Shown here: positions 8,260-10,294 of the stretch, piece after piece
Layout of the letters: each line of letters starts with the position of its first letter
Numbering within the stretch: the first letter of the stretch is position 1
Origin: Armatimonadota bacterium
GTDB lineage: Bacteria; Sysuimicrobiota; Sysuimicrobiia; Sysuimicrobiales; Humicultoraceae
Assembly: GCA_037446215.1 (NCBI GenBank)
Contig: JBBIJB010000016.1
Coordinates: 8,292 to 18,585, forward strand
Direction: 5' to 3'
Length of the DNA stretch: 10,294 nt
Notes under the pieces: model-generated
The model's input: only the letters and a program-made list of their open reading frames with translations
Told to the model about the DNA's origin: nothing
The model's database searches: none
Translations under genes and position numbers: made by a program

Positions 8260-9444
8260 GTGATTGATCTGAACGTACTGGTGGTACTGGCGGTGGCGGC
8301 GGCCCTGGGTGCCGCGGTCGCGGCGGCACTGATCGCGCGGCGGCGGCCCGAGTCCGACTCGGGCATCGCACTGCTCCAGCAACAGGTCGGAGAGCTGCGG
8401 GGGCAGGTGATCAGCAGTCTCGATGGGGCTTCCAGGAACTTGGCCGCGCGCACGGAGGCCTTGGAGGCCCGGATAGACGGACGGATCGAGGCGGTCACGC
8501 GCGCCGTGAACGATCGCTTGGCAGAGAACGCCGAGGCCATGCGCCGCGTCGGTGACGGCCTAGGTCAGCGCCTTGACACAAACCTGCAGGTGGTCGGGCA
8601 GCGCTTCAGCGAGACCTCGGGGATGGTCACAGACGTGCGGGAGAGGCTTAGGGGACTGGAGGAGGCCGCCGGCCGCATCTTCGAGCTGGGCAAGGATCTG
8701 GCCTCCCTCCAGGAGGTGCTCCGCCCGCCCAAGCTGCGGGGCGGCGTGGGTGAGGTCCTGCTGGAGAACCTCCTGCGAAACGGCCTGCCCCAGGGGCAGT
8801 ACGAGATGCAGTGGCGCTTCGCAACAGGAAACACAGTGGACGCCGTCATAAGGCTCGGTGATAGGCTGGTGCCCGTGGACTCGAAGTTCCCCCTGGACGG
8901 GTTCTACGCCATTGCCCGCGCCCAGAGCGATGAGGAGCGGTCGAAGGCGCGCAGGGAGTTCACAAGGCAGGTCGCCGGCCACGTGAAGGCGGTGGCGGAG
9001 AAGTACATCCTCCCGGAGGAGGGAACCTACGACTTCGCCCTGATGTACGTGCCTGCGGAGAGCGTCTACTACGAGGCGGTGGTGCGCGCCGAAGACCCTG
9101 CGGGGCTCTACGGGCAGGCGCTGAGCCAGCGGGTGGTCGTCGTGTCCCCGACCACGTTCTACGCCTACCTCGTGGCCCTGGCCTACGGCCTGAAGGGAAT
9201 GCAGGTCGAGCAGCAGGCGGAGCAGATCCGCGAGGGGCTCGCTCATCTGACCCTGGACATAGAGAGGTTGCGCGATCCCATGGGGAAGCTGGGAGGCCAG
9301 CTCCGCCACGCGCAGAACAACTTCGAGTTGGCCAGGCGGGCCGTGGACCGCTTCGGAGACAGGCTGGCCAACCTGAGCGGCCAGGCGCTTCCCGAGGGCG
9401 GCGGCACTCCTGAGCTTCCCGGGGGAGAGCCTAACGCTCCTTGA
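8260..9444 (+). CDS. rmuC: DNA recombination protein RmuC (N-terminal TM anchor, coiled coil, restriction-endonuclease-like domain)
   Basis: GTG 8260 has SD GGAGG 8248-8252. Hydrophobic N-terminus VLVVLAVAAALGAAVAAALIA, then heptad-rich segment and motifs RGGVGEVLLE, VDAVIRL, VDSKFP, DFALMYVPAESVY and SPTT. Stop is TGA 9442-9444. Confidence 0.9.
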   Translation: MIDLNVLVVLAVAAALGAAVAAALIARRRPESDSGIALLQQQVGELRGQVISSLDGASRNLAARTEALEARIDGRIEAVTRAVNDRLAENAEAMRRVGDGLGQRLDTNLQVVGQRFSETSGMVTDVRERLRGLEEAAGRIFELGKDLASLQEVLRPPKLRGGVGEVLLENLLRNGLPQGQYEMQWRFATGNTVDAVIRLGDRLVPVDSKFPLDGFYAIARAQSDEERSKARREFTRQVAGHVKAVAEKYILPEEGTYDFALMYVPAESVYYEAVVRAEDPAGLYGQALSQRVVVVSPTTFYAYLVALAYGLKGMQVEQQAEQIREGLAHLTLDIERLRDPMGKLGGQLRHAQNNFELARRAVDRFGDRLANLSGQALPEGGGTPELPGGEPNAP

Positions 9445-9471
9445 CAGCGCCGCGGCCGCCGGTGGTATTAT
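9441..9471 (+). promoter_or_regulatory. Probable sigma70/sigmaA promoter for valS
   Basis: TTGACA 9441-9446 overlaps the rmuC stop; extended -10 TGgTATTAT at 9463-9471. The 19-bp spacer is longer than optimal. Predicted +1 is near A9478. Confidence 0.6.
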
Positions 9472-9477
9472 CTACCC

Positions 9478-9602
9478 ACGTCATCTGCCGGGACTCGCCC
9501 GTTACCGCGAGCAGAGTGCCCGCCCTCGGTCCACAGGGGCCGGCGATCAGGGTGGTACTGCGGAGCGCCGCTTCGCCCTTGGCGAGGCGGCGTGTTGCAT
9601 TT
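9478..9602 (+). ncRNA. T-box riboswitch leader of valS (truncated/atypical)
   Basis: T-box motif GATCAGGGTGGTACTGCG at 9545-9562. Antiterminator: CAGGG/CCTTG, bulge TGGTACT, GCGGAGC/GCTTCGC. CCCGTTA (9498-9504) sits in a IIA/B pseudoknot, followed by AGAGTG (9513-9518) and Stem III (~9521-9545). The element lies upstream of an aminoacyl-tRNA synthetase gene. Confidence 0.8.
9566..9602 (+). terminator. T-box terminator hairpin, mutually exclusive with the antiterminator
   Basis: CGCCGCTTCGCC-CTT-GGCGAGGCGGCG forms a 12-bp stem with one G-U pair, followed by a weak U-tract TGTTGCATTT. Confidence 0.7.
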
Positions 9603-9616
9603 CGAGGAGGGTCCGC

Positions 9617-10294
9617 ATGAGCGAGGAGAGCGGGAGGCAGCCAGCGCAGGCCGATCTTGGGCCGGGTGGGTCCAGGGAGCGGGCGGCGCCCTACGATCCG
9701 CTGAAGGTTGAACCGGCCCGGTACGCACAGTGGCTCCAGAGCGGGCTGTTCGGCGCCCCGGTCGATCCATCGAGGACGCCTCACACGATAATGATGCCGC
9801 TGCCCAACATAACCGGCACGCTCCACATGGGGCACGCTCTCAACCACACGATCCAGGACCTTCTGACGCGTTGGAAGCGAATGGCGGGCTACAACGCGAT
9901 GTGGCTGCCGGGCACCGACCATGCCAGCATCGGCACGCACGTCGTCATGGAGAAGGAACTGGCGCGCCAGGGACTGACCAGGTTCGATCTGGGCAGGGAG
10001 AAGTTCCTGGAGTTCGCGTGGGAGTGGAAGGAGAAGTACGGCGGGCTGATCTACGGCCAGATACGCAGGATGGGCTCCGGGTGCGACTGGGGCCGCGTGA
10101 CGTTCACCATGGATCCCGGGTACTACGATGCGGTGATTGAGTGCTTCCTGAGGCTCTACGAGAAGGGGTACATCTACTACGGCAAGCGTATGATCAACTG
10201 GTGTCCCAAGGACCTGACTAGTGTGTCCGACCTGGAGATCGACCACCAGACGGTGAACAGCCACCTCTGGTATGTCAGGTACAGGGGGGCGGAG
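9617..10294 (+). CDS. valS: Valine--tRNA ligase, 5' part (runs off the window, so absent from the ORF track)
   Basis: Manual translation: MSEESG...YDPLKVE...MPLPNITGTLHMGHALN (HIGH motif)...RWKRMAGYNAMWLPGTDHASI...DLGREKFLEFAWEWKEKYGG...GSGCDW...FTMD...INWCP...SDLEI. SD GAGGAGG at 9604-9610. Confidence 0.96.
   Translation, partial: MSEESGRQPAQADLGPGGSRERAAPYDPLKVEPARYAQWLQSGLFGAPVDPSRTPHTIMMPLPNITGTLHMGHALNHTIQDLLTRWKRMAGYNAMWLPGTDHASIGTHVVMEKELARQGLTRFDLGREKFLEFAWEWKEKYGGLIYGQIRRMGSGCDWGRVTFTMDPGYYDAVIECFLRLYEKGYIYYGKRMINWCPKDLTSVSDLEIDHQTVNSHLWYVRYRGAE

Noticed and set aside
342..10264. Many long minus-strand and alternate-frame ORFs (e.g. 342..1532, 1713..2723, 7240..8382, 9431..10264)
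   Set aside because: They are shadows of well-supported + strand genes in GC-rich, stop-poor DNA and show no recognisable motifs.

Overview
GC-rich bacterial chromosomal core region with every supportable gene on the + strand: 3' part of psuG, a RodZ/YmfM-like HTH membrane protein, cinA, thpR, recA, recX, a UvrD/PcrA-type SF1 helicase with a C-terminal Fe-S PD-(D/E)XK nuclease, rmuC and the 5' part of valS. recA has a near-consensus sigma70/A promoter containing a Gram-positive-type LexA box. No mobile elements, CRISPR arrays, tRNA or rRNA genes were seen. Main points of interest: (1) a very compact valS T-box that keeps the IIA/B pseudoknot, Stem III, antiterminator and terminator but appears to lack Stems I and II, with a Val codon (GUC-A) at the predicted 5' end; (2) the apparent ~1400-aa helicase-nuclease-RmuC fusion, best explained by one missing base at ~8222 that splits the Fe-S Cys motif; (3) a probable SOS operon recA-recX-helicase/nuclease-rmuC whose helicase has a candidate N-terminal beta-clamp motif; (4) recX in frame with recA, with a possible ACG start.
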